Origin: a virus
Taxonomy: Duplodnaviria; Heunggongvirae; Uroviricota; Caudoviricetes
Virus record (IMG/VR): IMGVR_UViG_2526164633_000045
Location: 1-40,069 of that record
DNA length: 40,069 nt
Strand: one strand, 5' to 3'
Part shown: positions 9,781 through 20,297 of the stretch, piece after piece
How the letters are laid out: each line of letters begins with the position of its first letter
How positions within the stretch are numbered: position 1 is the first letter of the stretch
The notes under the pieces: model-generated
Seen by the model: only the letters and a program-made list of their open reading frames with translations
Database searches by the model: none
Told to the model about the DNA's origin: nothing
Program-made: the position numbers and the translations under genes

Positions 9781-11199
9781 TTATGTTACACGAATAGAAA
9801 GGCCTGATAATGTGACAGGACCTTTTGCAATAACCCTGAATTTAAATCCAATGAGGCGTCTAACTCGACCAACCTTTCGCCATAAAACGCGATTGTCATA
9901 TACAAATGGTTTTTGTAATACGACCATTTGCTCACGACCGTAACTAATTCCATCTGTAGTGGCTGATATAAATATTTTATCTATTCTATCACACACGCCG
10001 CCCGATGTTTCTAATTCAAGGTCATTTATTAAAGCGTTATCTGCCTTTATTAGAGGGGAATATAAAATATGCTCTTGTTGTTTTTCGTATTGTGAAGATA
10101 TATCGAATTGCAATTTCCCGGTCACGGACTCCAGCTTATCGCCGCACGTTATCTGATTGCCTTCGTAAATGAAGTCGATAGCGCGGTACACATCGTCATA
10201 CAGGCCAGTTTTCAACACACACCATTGCGGACCATTGGCGCTTGAAGATGCGTCGTACACGAGAACATGGCGCGGAAGGTGGATAATCAGCAACTCATGA
10301 GCATCAAACCGCAGCGATTCCATCACACCATCAGCCAGTTCATCAGCAGTGTAGGAGCGGAGGATTTTCTCAATGCTCGCGCTGGCGATTGGTGATGCCT
10401 GACCTGAGCCGATGATGTATACAGACGGCGCACCCGTTGCCGGATTGCTGATGAACGCATACGAATCAGCAAACGGCGTTTTGCAGTAAGTTCCGGCAAT
10501 GCCTTTCTGCACCATCAGCGATGGCTGTGCGACATACAAAGCGGCACCAACAGTGGTTGCACCAGTCAAGGAAAAATATTCAATCGTCGATGAACCAAAG
10601 CAGACGATGAAGTCTCGCCATGTTCCGATGCCGATGATGCCGTCAGGCTGCGATTCTGCGCGATATTGTGCGCTGTATCTGTCAGGGTGCGATTCGTCTT
10701 CAAGGTCAGTGATAAACCATGAATCAGTGCCGTCTTTTGACCACGCATAACGCCCGCGTAAGCGCGTAATGTCACGAACAGAACCTAACTCATACTGCGT
10801 GAATCCGCTGTCTGTAGGCCAGTTTGAGACTCTTTTAACCGTGCCATCATAACGATACTCGACCAGTTGGCCATTAACGCCTACAGCCTGAGATGTCCGA
10901 CCATGCGCCATTGATACACGACCACTTCCGGCAACATCACCGACTTCACTTTCTCCTTTGTACAGCTTGCCGCCACACACGCGATAAACAGCACTCTGCG
11001 CCATGTTGTACTCAACTCCGCGCGATACGCCGTTCACATCAGAACGTTTGGCAATGCCCGGGAATGAGCGAAGATATCCGCTGCTGTTCAGGATTTCTTT
11101 GGGTGTAGCCAACATATTCACTGGCAGATAGTCGATATAGTCGGCGTTTCTAAAGTCTTTGCCGACACCTTTCATAAGCGGAAGTTGCTGAATCGGCAT
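9781..11199 (-). CDS. Tail hub / tail accessory protein (P22 gp10-like)
   Basis: 472 aa beginning MPIQQLPLMKGVGKDFRNADYIDYLPVNMLATPKEILNSSGYLRSFPGI, essentially colinear with P22 gp10. Confidence 0.92.
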   Translation of the reverse strand: MPIQQLPLMKGVGKDFRNADYIDYLPVNMLATPKEILNSSGYLRSFPGIAKRSDVNGVSRGVEYNMAQSAVYRVCGGKLYKGESEVGDVAGSGRVSMAHGRTSQAVGVNGQLVEYRYDGTVKRVSNWPTDSGFTQYELGSVRDITRLRGRYAWSKDGTDSWFITDLEDESHPDRYSAQYRAESQPDGIIGIGTWRDFIVCFGSSTIEYFSLTGATTVGAALYVAQPSLMVQKGIAGTYCKTPFADSYAFISNPATGAPSVYIIGSGQASPIASASIEKILRSYTADELADGVMESLRFDAHELLIIHLPRHVLVYDASSSANGPQWCVLKTGLYDDVYRAIDFIYEGNQITCGDKLESVTGKLQFDISSQYEKQQEHILYSPLIKADNALINDLELETSGGVCDRIDKIFISATTDGISYGREQMVVLQKPFVYDNRVLWRKVGRVRRLIGFKFRVIAKGPVTLSGLSIRVT

Positions 11200-11208
11200 T
11201 TATTCACC

Positions 11209-11670
11209 TCACGTACTCGGATCATCTTTCTCGATGTAAAACAGATTCCCCGTAAACGCGCTTTTGTTACCACTACCGCGAGGCATGTCATTTCGCCGCT
11301 CAAGTGGTGGTATTTTGGTTAAAGCGATACAGATTGTCTGATATGCACTGTCAGCAGCGGTAAGGAGAGCGTCTGACGGCTGAATGACGTTATCCATGCA
11401 CACTTGCACAGCGAGTTTCAAAGCGACGCCATCATTTGCCCATGCAGGGATACCTGAATCATCGTCAGGTAACGGCATGATGCCGTTTTCTGTATCAGCA
11501 AACTGATACCCAAGCTCGATACCTTTAGCCTGCCATGCTGCCATCATGTCTTCGAGGTCATTAATGGCATCTTCAATTGCCTGAGGGTCAGCATCTGTCA
11601 ACGTGGCATTGGAATACAGCCCAGCTTTTCGTAAAGCCTTAAGAACGAGATCACCCTTCGTTTTCGCCAT
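11209..11670 (-). CDS. Head completion / tail adaptor protein (P22 gp4-like)
   Basis: 153 aa, MAKTKGDLVLKALRKAGLYSNATLTDADPQAIEDAINDLEDMMAAWQ resembles P22 gp4 N-terminus; position between coat and gp10. Confidence 0.85.
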   Translation of the reverse strand: MAKTKGDLVLKALRKAGLYSNATLTDADPQAIEDAINDLEDMMAAWQAKGIELGYQFADTENGIMPLPDDDSGIPAWANDGVALKLAVQVCMDNVIQPSDALLTAADSAYQTICIALTKIPPLERRNDMPRGSGNKSAFTGNLFYIEKDDPST

Positions 11671-11839
11671 CTTCTTCCGCCTTAGCCACTTTTTGCTTCG
11701 TTGCGGTTTCTTCAGGGGTTTTTACCCAGCCTTTTTTCAGGTGAGATTTAACTTCTTCGTCATCAACAATGATGTAATCGACAGCAAACTGACCACAGGT
11801 GATCATGTTGCCCGACTTATAGAGCATTGTTCGTGCCAT
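11651..11839 (-). CDS. Small hypothetical protein between coat and gp4 genes
   Basis: 62 aa from ATG at 11839 (MARTMLYKSGNMITCGQFAVDYIIVDDEEV...), GGGAGAAGACA RBS-like upstream; the track ORF carries a spurious N-terminal extension. Confidence 0.5.
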   Translation of the reverse strand: MARTMLYKSGNMITCGQFAVDYIIVDDEEVKSHLKKGWVKTPEETATKQKVAKAEEDGENEG

Positions 11840-11880
11840 TGTCTTCTCCCAATAAAAATGGGGCCGAAGCCCCACCAAAA

Positions 11881-13134
11881 TTACTGCCCGGCAATAACGA
11901 TGCCCGTATATTCAGGAACAAGTACAGAGCAACCGTACAGAGTGGTGAAACGAGCAGTGGTTACGCCTTTGATGTGGTCGAAGGCGTAAGACATGATCAG
12001 CGTAGCGCCCTGCTCGGTGGTTGCTGTCATTACCTGTGGACCCTGACCAGTCGGGAACGCCAGTTTGCCGTACATCAGCTCAACAGAACCATCAGCCCAG
12101 AACAGGTTAGCAGGTGCTGCGTTCTTGTTGAGAATGGTGATTGCTGCTGATGCTGCCGGTTTGGCATCGACGTTTGCATATGGACGACTCGCAACATCGG
12201 TATTTTCAACAGGGAGAATCTTTGGAGAGATTGTTACGGTAGTTCCGCTAACAGCCAGAACACGGAATACCTGCGGTTGCCCGGTGGTATCTTTTGTGAT
12301 CTGGTGTACGGAATTCACACCGGCAATGGTGAACGCATCACCAACCTGCAAGCCAGATGCAGATACCGTAATAGTCCCCTGTCGGTTATCAACTGGCATA
12401 CCATTTGAATCTTTCGCTTCAACCTTGTGTTCAGGTTGGCCTGATACTGTCAAGGATTCAGCGCTTCCTTTCGGTAATCGACCAGAAATATCGGTCTTGT
12501 AGCTATCAAAGGAAGCAACCGGAGGGATCTGCGCTTTTTCGTATGCTGTCAGGGTTGCGCCCTGAGCGTAGGCACGGTGACCAAGCTCGCCAGCAAGGTC
12601 TTTGTAGTTGAAGGGGTTCCAGAAAGAGCGACGGTTGATACCCTGCGGTACACCAATCGCCGTCATGGTGGCATCAATACCTGCCGCACAGTTCCACAAA
12701 TCACGGCCCTGTGAACCTGTGGTTGAGTCAGCCATCGTGATCACGTTAGTAGCACGCTGCGTGACCATGGAAATCAGGTCAGAGTCAATCTGTGCAGCAA
12801 GGCGCATACCTGCGGCTCGACCAGCTTCAGTTTTATGTTCCGGGTCACGCATTTCACGCGCATCCAGAGTGTACAGAATGTTTTTCGGCTCCTTGAACAC
12901 AGAAGGAACAAGGCGCTGAACCAGTGCTGTTGGCGTTTTGCCGCTGAGGTCTAGGCCTTCCTCAATATTCATGTGGTAATGCTGCGGACGATACAGAACA
13001 TCACCTGCTCGCTGCATTGCTGTATCACCGGGACGGAATTTTTTAGCGTTACGGGAAACTACGCAGGCGGCCTCAAAGCCTTCAACGTAGTTTTCGAACA
13101 TGATTTCAAGGTCTTTTGCTAATTGGTTAGCCAT
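11881..13134 (-). CDS. Major capsid (coat) protein
   Basis: 417 aa ORF between scaffold and gp4-like genes, size and position of P22-like coat protein. Confidence 0.8.
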   Translation of the reverse strand: MANQLAKDLEIMFENYVEGFEAACVVSRNAKKFRPGDTAMQRAGDVLYRPQHYHMNIEEGLDLSGKTPTALVQRLVPSVFKEPKNILYTLDAREMRDPEHKTEAGRAAGMRLAAQIDSDLISMVTQRATNVITMADSTTGSQGRDLWNCAAGIDATMTAIGVPQGINRRSFWNPFNYKDLAGELGHRAYAQGATLTAYEKAQIPPVASFDSYKTDISGRLPKGSAESLTVSGQPEHKVEAKDSNGMPVDNRQGTITVSASGLQVGDAFTIAGVNSVHQITKDTTGQPQVFRVLAVSGTTVTISPKILPVENTDVASRPYANVDAKPAASAAITILNKNAAPANLFWADGSVELMYGKLAFPTGQGPQVMTATTEQGATLIMSYAFDHIKGVTTARFTTLYGCSVLVPEYTGIVIAGQ

Positions 13135-13136
13135 GC

Positions 13137-14045
13137 TTAATGCTCCGATAGGTTATTTTTTGCCTTTTTAGCGGCGAAATACGGCGTCCAGTCACCAGTT
13201 TCCAGCGCCTTGGCTTTCAATTTGCCGAGGTTGTTGATTACTGCGCCGTTGCTCCCCTTAACTGTCGGGGTTGTGGCTGCCGTGGTTTTTGCTTTTGGCA
13301 TGATTCTGGCCTTCGATTCGATACGTTCCAGCAGACGACCAATTGCTACGGGGTTGGTAGCTTCTGCCAGTTGCTTGCGCAGTTCAGCGTTGCGACCGAG
13401 TGCCAGAACAACGATTTCCGGCTTCTCTGACTCAAACAGGATCGCGTTTTGTGTCTCGATGGGGATTTCCTCGAGTACGGCCTGTTCTGCTTCCTGATAG
13501 CCAGGAACTTTGAGAGCCTTAACACGTTGCTGATATTTGGATAATCGCTCTTGATAGGCAGCCTGAAGCTCCTGCTCCTTCTGCTTGCGAGCCATCTCCT
13601 GTTGCTGGTACTTGCCGTTATCCTCTGCCCACTTAGCCATGCGTTGCTGGTAGATTTCTTCATCGAAACCGATGTCCTCATCATCCAGTTTTGGCATTCG
13701 CGGTGGTTGAGTGATTACCGGCTGCTGCTCGACGGGTTTCTGAGACTGACGCATCAGCTCTTTCAGCTCGCGGTCTTTCTCTTTAATCGTCTTGCGCAGG
13801 TGTTTTACCAGTCCATGCTCTGCGCCATCTTCGCTGGTTGGCGAATCCAGCTTTTCGTCACCAAAGTAGAATTCCTGTTCTGATTCGTCGTCATCAGTTT
13901 CAGTAGCTTCCTCTGCATCATTGCCGGAGGACTCACTGCCATCTTCTGTTTCGACTTCTTCAGCCAGTTCGACATCATCAGGAATCTGCTCTGACGCGTC
14001 GGTTTCGATTTCAACTTCTGGTGTGTTTTCTGCCATCTGGTCCAT
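13137..14045 (-). CDS. Scaffolding protein
   Basis: 302 aa, highly acidic N-terminus, charged helical body, basic C-terminal helix-turn-helix-like tail; between portal and coat. Confidence 0.8.
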   Translation of the reverse strand: MDQMAENTPEVEIETDASEQIPDDVELAEEVETEDGSESSGNDAEEATETDDDESEQEFYFGDEKLDSPTSEDGAEHGLVKHLRKTIKEKDRELKELMRQSQKPVEQQPVITQPPRMPKLDDEDIGFDEEIYQQRMAKWAEDNGKYQQQEMARKQKEQELQAAYQERLSKYQQRVKALKVPGYQEAEQAVLEEIPIETQNAILFESEKPEIVVLALGRNAELRKQLAEATNPVAIGRLLERIESKARIMPKAKTTAATTPTVKGSNGAVINNLGKLKAKALETGDWTPYFAAKKAKNNLSEH

Positions 14046-14135
14046 TTGTTACCCCTGTTTACTCGATGTTCAGCCCATCGGAAGGCAATAGGGTGCCAGG
14101 CCTCATAAAGACAGCCATTGCACGTTATGGGTTAA

Positions 14136-16334
14136 TTACTGCTGTGGTTGTTGCTGAGTTGGTTTTTGCAGGATACTGCTGATGTCCATGCGCTGCGCAT
14201 GGCCCTGTGCCTGACTTTTCAGGACAAGCTCTGCATCAGCACGGGCATTGTCTCCTTGCTGTTGCTGGAACTGTCCTAGCAGTTTCAGAGCCTCGCGGAT
14301 ATCAGATTTCTGCTGGCTATCGGCAGATGCGAGGATTTTCACAACATTTGCCGCTGCAACCTGAGCATCAGTCTGTGCCTGGAATGCTTTAACCTGAATG
14401 GATGCCTGTTCGTTCTGCGCTTTCTGCAATTCAGCCTGACCAGCAAGAAGCTGACCTTGCGCAGCAACCATAGCCGGATCTGGCTGACTGGCCTGTTGTT
14501 GTTTCGCCTGCTCAACCATTTGCTGCTCTTCTGGCGTTCTCGGCTTGATAACTCCAGACAGAAGCAACTGATTGCGGTTGTATTCTTTAAGGTCGTCCAT
14601 CCCTTCGCCGTCCATATTGTCGAGAATCATCGACGATACAAGGTCGTGCTTCGGCGTTCCTGGTGGGATAAGTGCCAGCATGGAAAGTAACGACTTAACC
14701 GTTGCGTCACGGCGAGTAGCGAACGACTGACCGACATCGACAGTCACTTCATAGTTACCCTGCGAAAGGTCGTTAAGCGCGATAACCTGCCCTGTCTGAC
14801 GGTCAACCACTTCACCAGTCATCAGCGCCACGTCATCGCTGCCGTCCTCATTAACGATACGCATCGGCGTATCACTGCCATAGACTTCACGAGCCATAGA
14901 AAGCCACACGACGCCAGCGCGGCGCATGGATTTAGCCATATTGTCCATGTAGATATAGGACTGCGTGTCCATCCGGTTAAAGATGCTATCAACGGTATCG
15001 GTGGCGACGTTGCTCGGCATGTTCTCAAGCTGCGACGCACCTGTAATTTGCTGAATAGCCGTTCCGGTGTACTGCAATAGCCCGGCAAGAGCAGGAGGCA
15101 TTTGTGTCGGAGGTGTATAACTGCTGACCTGAGCCTGCGCAGTAATATCTCCGTTTTTGTTTTTCAGACTGACCATCGGCAGGAACGCCGGGCGCTTTTT
15201 GTTGCGCTCCGCCCAATGAGTGGCGAGAGGACCAGGAATCATGTCAACATCAACTACAGGAATGCCATCACCGCCAGCCTGAGTAGCGTTATCTGCAATC
15301 ATGGAAACCATCAGGTTCTCAAGACGCTGTGCATCCATCGCTTTTGCTGCGTGACCTTCGATTCGCTCCTGATTATCAACAAATGAGCGACGCCCATATA
15401 CCGGGATGAGAGGAATATGTTCGCCCGGAATACGCTTCGGTTCTTCCAGCCATTCAGCGCCAGACAGAAGACCGCAATAAACTCGGCGTTTCTTCACTGT
15501 CCGCTCACCAATCAGTTCGAATGCGCCATCGGTCAGCTCGTCGACAATATCTTTGATTTGATCTTCATCATAGATTGCCGTTTCTCCGCTAACAGGGTTA
15601 CGCCATGCTGTGAGCTTCACCTTCTCTATGCGAACTTCGTAGTAGCGTCCAACATAGATGGCATCGGGCGTTGACCAGTCATACTGAGTACCAGTGTCAT
15701 CACGAGAAAGGCTTGCCGCGATGGAATCAGGGTATTCAGCTTCGAACGCTTTAGGCGTCATGGAGAACATTTCCATAGCCCACATAGCATCAGAGCGGTC
15801 ATATTGCTTGCTGTCCTGATCGAAGAAGACGCATGTCGCTGGGTCGTAAACAGGGAGAAGGCTTATACGGCGTTGCTCGTTACTCGGATCCATTTCATCT
15901 TCGTAATCGGCACACATGCGGAAACAACCGAATCCGCCCGTTACAGCATCATCAAATGCGTTATCACACGCTTCACCACCGGATGTTTCCTGATAGTCAG
16001 CGCGGAATTTACCATTCATCTTTTCGGCTAACGCTTCCGATGCCTTATCGTCCTTCGGCCTGAATTTAACGCTGATGCGATTCTGTCGATACTCGCCAAT
16101 GATGCGATCACATTCACGGGCAATCTTATTCAGTTCAAAGCGCGGGTAATGCTCAAACCTGCCTTCATCAAATGAGTAACCAGCGTTTGTGCTGCCTTCC
16201 CACTGTGCGCCGGATACCCGGACGAAACGTTGAGCCTCAATAATCTGCTCACGCATATCCTGCGTTGCTGACCAGGCATTATCAAAGTTGCACAGCACCT
16301 TGCGATGCCAGTCAGTCATCTTTTTTTCTGCCAT
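14136..16334 (-). CDS. Portal protein (P22 gp1-like)
   Basis: 732 aa; extensive colinear similarity to P22 portal (e.g. ...RRVYCGLLSGAEWLEEPKRIPGEHIPLIPVYG..., C-terminal glutamine-rich barrel helix ...QAELQKAQNEQASIQ...). Confidence 0.95.
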   Translation of the reverse strand: MAEKKMTDWHRKVLCNFDNAWSATQDMREQIIEAQRFVRVSGAQWEGSTNAGYSFDEGRFEHYPRFELNKIARECDRIIGEYRQNRISVKFRPKDDKASEALAEKMNGKFRADYQETSGGEACDNAFDDAVTGGFGCFRMCADYEDEMDPSNEQRRISLLPVYDPATCVFFDQDSKQYDRSDAMWAMEMFSMTPKAFEAEYPDSIAASLSRDDTGTQYDWSTPDAIYVGRYYEVRIEKVKLTAWRNPVSGETAIYDEDQIKDIVDELTDGAFELIGERTVKKRRVYCGLLSGAEWLEEPKRIPGEHIPLIPVYGRRSFVDNQERIEGHAAKAMDAQRLENLMVSMIADNATQAGGDGIPVVDVDMIPGPLATHWAERNKKRPAFLPMVSLKNKNGDITAQAQVSSYTPPTQMPPALAGLLQYTGTAIQQITGASQLENMPSNVATDTVDSIFNRMDTQSYIYMDNMAKSMRRAGVVWLSMAREVYGSDTPMRIVNEDGSDDVALMTGEVVDRQTGQVIALNDLSQGNYEVTVDVGQSFATRRDATVKSLLSMLALIPPGTPKHDLVSSMILDNMDGEGMDDLKEYNRNQLLLSGVIKPRTPEEQQMVEQAKQQQASQPDPAMVAAQGQLLAGQAELQKAQNEQASIQVKAFQAQTDAQVAAANVVKILASADSQQKSDIREALKLLGQFQQQQGDNARADAELVLKSQAQGHAQRMDISSILQKPTQQQPQQ

Positions 16335-16335
16335 A

Positions 16336-17751
16336 TCAACCTACACCACAAGGAATTGAGTAACTGGAATAGTCGGGTTGCGCAGCCGACTCCGGGCAAT
16401 GCATACACATCATCAGCGCATCAGCCAGGTTAGGAGATGGAATACCGAGCTTCTGCTTCATTTCGACCTTAGTCATTAGCTCAAGCTTCCCGTTGTTATT
16501 GAATTTGCGCTGAATCTGCGTCAGTTCTGCAAACAGCTTCTCCAGCATCTTCTCGCCTATCGCTTCTTTGTCGAAACTCAGCATGTCGTCGGGGTCTGCA
16601 TACTCACCGTGAACAACCGCCCGATATGTCAGATACAGCCTATCAGCCAGTGCGTAATAGAATTGCGCTCGCTTATTGCGGAAAACATCGCCAATAGTGC
16701 GAACGTTGTCACCCTGTACGACTTCATCAGCCCATGCTCCGGCCTGATACGGCGCGTCTTCATCGAATGGCGATTCGCTGCCCTTGAACATCGTGGCGGT
16801 GATTTTCTTGCCGGAGAACGCTTCCGTTGTCTGTCTGCGTAGCCCTGCACCGACACCATCGCCATCCCACAGGTAATGATCAGCGCCGTCTTCAATCGCC
16901 AGCGAAGTAGCCCAGTCAGCACCCTCGTTGATGTCCATCAGCAGACCTTCGGCAATGCGCTTAACCACCGAACCGTGACGCGATGCATAACCTTTAGCAT
17001 CCGGTCCTGTATCTGACGGGTCATGCGCAGAGACAACAGCGCCTTTCGCCTTCCATCCGAGTTTCTTGTGCGCATCGGTTGCGGCTTCAAGCCATTCACG
17101 TTTGATGATTGCCATATCACTTGCGCTTACTGGCTCACCAAGCCAGATGTGACGATACAGTGTCGGATTTCTGCGTTTGCACTCTTCCATCTCCAGACGG
17201 AGAACTTCAGGAAAGTGCGGGTTGTCGGTGTAGTTCACCGTCAGCAGGCAAATATCATCGGGAGGATTTACAACGAATCGCTGATAGGTATCGTCGAGGA
17301 TGTTTTTCGGGTTAAAGCTCACCCATATTTCAGAGAACGGCTTACGGATGGTCGGTATCAGGATATCCCATGATTCCTTCGTTACCGCTTCCGCTTCTTC
17401 CACCCAGCAGATATCAATACCTTCGAGCGATTTAATCTTCGTCGGGTTGTTTTTTATGCCGTAGAACATGAATTCAGCATTCGTTCCGAGATGACGAATC
17501 ATTGAACGCTGAATTTCAAACTCAGCCGAATACCCTTCCCGCTCTATGGTGTCTTCAAGCAACCGGATTACCGAATCACTGATACTGTTTTGCAGTTCAC
17601 GAGCACAGAGGATGCGCACCGGCTGCCGACGCGCCGCTTCAACAAGCAGCCTCGCGATTGCCCATGACTTACCGCTACCTCGACCGCCTTTGGCGACTTT
17701 GTAGCGATGCGCCTCAATGAACGGTTCAAAGATAGGATTAATCGAGGTCAT
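16336..17751 (-). CDS. Terminase large subunit
   Basis: 471 aa; Walker A-like KGGRGSGKSW near N-terminus; directly upstream of portal. Confidence 0.92.
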   Translation of the reverse strand: MTSINPIFEPFIEAHRYKVAKGGRGSGKSWAIARLLVEAARRQPVRILCARELQNSISDSVIRLLEDTIEREGYSAEFEIQRSMIRHLGTNAEFMFYGIKNNPTKIKSLEGIDICWVEEAEAVTKESWDILIPTIRKPFSEIWVSFNPKNILDDTYQRFVVNPPDDICLLTVNYTDNPHFPEVLRLEMEECKRRNPTLYRHIWLGEPVSASDMAIIKREWLEAATDAHKKLGWKAKGAVVSAHDPSDTGPDAKGYASRHGSVVKRIAEGLLMDINEGADWATSLAIEDGADHYLWDGDGVGAGLRRQTTEAFSGKKITATMFKGSESPFDEDAPYQAGAWADEVVQGDNVRTIGDVFRNKRAQFYYALADRLYLTYRAVVHGEYADPDDMLSFDKEAIGEKMLEKLFAELTQIQRKFNNNGKLELMTKVEMKQKLGIPSPNLADALMMCMHCPESAAQPDYSSYSIPCGVG

Positions 17752-18176
17752 TTTCCGAATAGAGTGCTCATCGGTGATGTTTCAATCTGAATTGCGCCGC
17801 CGTCCTTACCGACAAGCTCGTTAGTTACCTTGTCGCCATACTTACGGGGATTCATTCGGGCCAGCGCCCATTTGCGGGTATCAACGCGAAGTCTTGCCTT
17901 TGCCACCTCAGCAGCATCTGGAATCGCATTGTCAGCAATTTCGAATATCTCTTCGAAAATAGAATCAGCTCGTGCCTCAGTTGCCTTCGCGTACTTGTCG
18001 CGAAAATCCTCATGCTTTGCCAACCAGCGGAAAACAGTGGACTTATCCGGCATACCAGGACGCTTACATACTTTCAGCAAACTTTCGCCAGAAGAAAGCA
18101 ACGAGCAGATATCGTCAGCCACCTCCGGCATATAATCAGAGGGGCGACCAGCTTTTGGTTCAGTCGCCATATTCAT
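17748..18176 (-). CDS. Terminase small subunit
   Basis: 142 aa; N-terminal HTH-like segment (GRPSDYMPEVADDICSLLSSGESLLKVCKRPGMPDKSTVFRWL), overlaps terL start (ATGA). Confidence 0.85.
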   Translation of the reverse strand: MNMATEPKAGRPSDYMPEVADDICSLLSSGESLLKVCKRPGMPDKSTVFRWLAKHEDFRDKYAKATEARADSIFEEIFEIADNAIPDAAEVAKARLRVDTRKWALARMNPRKYGDKVTNELVGKDGGAIQIETSPMSTLFGK

Positions 18177-18193
18177 CTCACTTAGTTGTTATT

Positions 18194-18373
18194 TCAGGCT
18201 GAGGACTCTTTCGCGCCTTCAATCAGTGACTGCTTCAGCAATTCGAGTGTGCCAATCGCCTCGCATAAACTGATTTCACCATCGTAATCATGGATGACGC
18301 TTTCCAGCCTCTCGTATAGCTCTTGAGTAATTGGGAATTTCTTCTCCTTACCAAGATCAACGACGCTTGTCAT
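18194..18373 (-). CDS. Small hypothetical protein (59 aa) upstream of terS
   Basis: Hand-translated: MTSVVDLGKEKKFPITQELYERLESVIHDYDGEISLCEAIGTLELLKQSLIEGAKESSA; below the track's length cut-off; coordinates hand-read. Confidence 0.4.
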   Translation of the reverse strand: MTSVVDLGKEKKFPITQELYERLESVIHDYDGEISLCEAIGTLELLKQSLIEGAKESSA

Positions 18374-18382
18374 AGAGGATTC

Positions 18383-18670
18383 CTATAATTTTGAATATCC
18401 AGACTCAAATACCTCAGCAGGAGAATATGATTCATATCCATCCTCATAGACAACGTAATAGCCTCCAGACATTGGTCGGTGCTTACAGATATATTCCGCG
18501 CTAACATCAAATGCTGCGTATTTCTTATCATCCGGATGAATAATTGCCCCATAACTAGAAGAGCCAGACTTACCAGGCTGATCTGGGTTTGGCTTATGTT
18601 CTATAGAGCCAATCTTCAGGGCGCGAACTTTTTTGTGGCACTGGTATCTCGGCATTTCTTGTTCAGTCAT
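18383..18670 (-). CDS. Hypothetical phage protein
   Basis: 95-aa ORF in the moron block between lysis genes and terS; no confident family assignment. Confidence 0.5.
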   Translation of the reverse strand: MTEQEMPRYQCHKKVRALKIGSIEHKPNPDQPGKSGSSSYGAIIHPDDKKYAAFDVSAEYICKHRPMSGGYYVVYEDGYESYSPAEVFESGYSKL

Positions 18671-18673
18671 CTC

Positions 18674-18916
18674 TTACACTCCGGTAGTGAACAGGTCTAA
18701 CGCTTCCTTCGATTTACGCACCGCTTCGATAGTGCGGGTCGTGATATCTGAATTAGCGCCACCTGACTGGAAGTGAATTTTGAATAGCTCAAGCTTCAGT
18801 TCGTCAGTGCCAATGAATTGAAATGCTTCTTCTGCGGCTGCGTTCTGGTTCATGACCAGTTTGTAAATCTCTAACTGGAATTTCTGTTCTTCAGTCATGG
18901 GAATAATCTCTGCCAT
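18674..18916 (-). CDS. Hypothetical phage protein
   Basis: 80-aa ORF, same block; ATG start. Confidence 0.5.
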   Translation of the reverse strand: MAEIIPMTEEQKFQLEIYKLVMNQNAAAEEAFQFIGTDELKLELFKIHFQSGGANSDITTRTIEAVRKSKEALDLFTTGV

Positions 18917-19019
18917 TGTTGGCTCCGTTTATCCGTTAAAAGGGATATCAGTTAAGTTATCCCGTGTAGGGTATAAGCCATTGTCAAAGCCACTCTGTAG
19001 GGAATGGCTTTTGTAATAA

Positions 19020-19400
19020 CTACTGTTCGCTTAGCTTCTGCTTCAGCAAGTAACCTTCGAGCATCCAGATTTTGTTTACAGCATTCTGCCGAGCAATCTT
19101 CCGACCAATTTCTGCATCAAAGTTTCCCTGGCTTGCACAGGCACTCTCTCCGGTGACGGTGAAGCCATTCTTCAGCACCAGTACGCAGAAAGTGAGCAAC
19201 TTCAATGGTGATAAATCACGATCGCCTTCCTCTGGTTTTTCCCTGCCACAATATTCGTTGCTGGAAATGGCACCATTTCGTCCATCATAAGCAGTAAAGT
19301 AATGCTCGCTTTTAATCACGTCTTCGATGTGCTGCGGGGTGATTCGCGGTTCCGTTTTGCCTTTCTCAACGATTTCTTTTTCGATTTGCTGGTCGTTCAT
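19020..19400 (-). CDS. Conserved hypothetical phage protein
   Basis: 126-aa ORF starting MNDQQIEKEIVEKG; no confident family assignment. Confidence 0.55.
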   Translation of the reverse strand: MNDQQIEKEIVEKGKTEPRITPQHIEDVIKSEHYFTAYDGRNGAISSNEYCGREKPEEGDRDLSPLKLLTFCVLVLKNGFTVTGESACASQGNFDAEIGRKIARQNAVNKIWMLEGYLLKQKLSEQ

Positions 19401-19631
19401 AATTATGACCCTGTGGAGTGGTTGCTTGATTAGGATGTCTTTCCATCAGTCCGCCACCACAAAGAATCTTTTTTGCCATAAGGCAGGAGGTTCATCTTTC
19501 AGTGGCTGCCAGTGTTATTTCCCCACTTACTGGCTTGGGTTGTTTCGCTGTACTGCCGTTAATTAGTGACCAGAAATTAACTCCGGTTTCATTATCAAGC
19601 CCACCCGTAGATAGGCTTTGTAATGACATCT

Positions 19632-20156
19632 TCAATTAATCAGCAGTTCAGGCTGTGTCACCTGCAAGATGTATTCATGCTCGACAGCCAGGACGCGCTT
19701 CTCTTTCTTCCGTTCGTTCATTAACCGACTGCCGATCGTACCTTTCAGCTTTGAGCGTGTTTCTTTGATGGCGTAGCGGTGCTGCATTTCTTCGCCAATT
19801 GCCATGCGGCGGCTCAGTTGCTCTGCCATCCAGTTGAATGCTGCGATATAGCTCTCCTTGATTGCCGCAGCAGCTTTCCCGGTGAACCCCATCACAACCA
19901 TGATCCAGCCATCTTTCGTCAGGCTGTACATCGGGCGAACCTTGCCCTGCTCATCGATATAATCAGCCGACGCAAAATTGCGTTGGCTAAACTCACGTGA
20001 GCAATCAGCCTTAACCTGCTCGATTTTCCTGAGAACATCACCGTGTCGCTTGCCGAAGTACTTGGCAATTTTTCTGGATGTGGTAACGACCTCTCCGTTT
20101 TTGGCTTGCACCATTTCTCGGAAGTCGAAGGCTGGAATAACTGAATGATTATTCAT
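19632..20156 (-). CDS. rha: Rha-family phage regulatory protein (antirepressor-like)
   Basis: From MNNHSVIPAFDFREMVQAKNGEVVTTSRKIAKYFGKRHGDVLRKIEQV (Rha N-terminal domain pattern); start refined to ATG 20156. Confidence 0.75.
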   Translation of the reverse strand: MNNHSVIPAFDFREMVQAKNGEVVTTSRKIAKYFGKRHGDVLRKIEQVKADCSREFSQRNFASADYIDEQGKVRPMYSLTKDGWIMVVMGFTGKAAAAIKESYIAAFNWMAEQLSRRMAIGEEMQHRYAIKETRSKLKGTIGSRLMNERKKEKRVLAVEHEYILQVTQPELLIN

Positions 20157-20297
20157 AGCGTCTTTACCTTTTAGAAAGTGAGCCTGTCTCACAGAAAAGC
20201 CGCCCGAGAGAGGTCGCCACCTATAACGGCATTTCTCAGGCTCGCTTACTGAAAGGCTCTCGTTAATATGCGCGTGAGATGCGCGTTTACTGCGGAC

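Noticed and set aside
19327-19566. Plus-strand 79-aa ORF in the gap between the 126-aa gene and rha
   Set aside because: Cys-rich low-complexity translation, no RBS, opposite to the local transcription direction.
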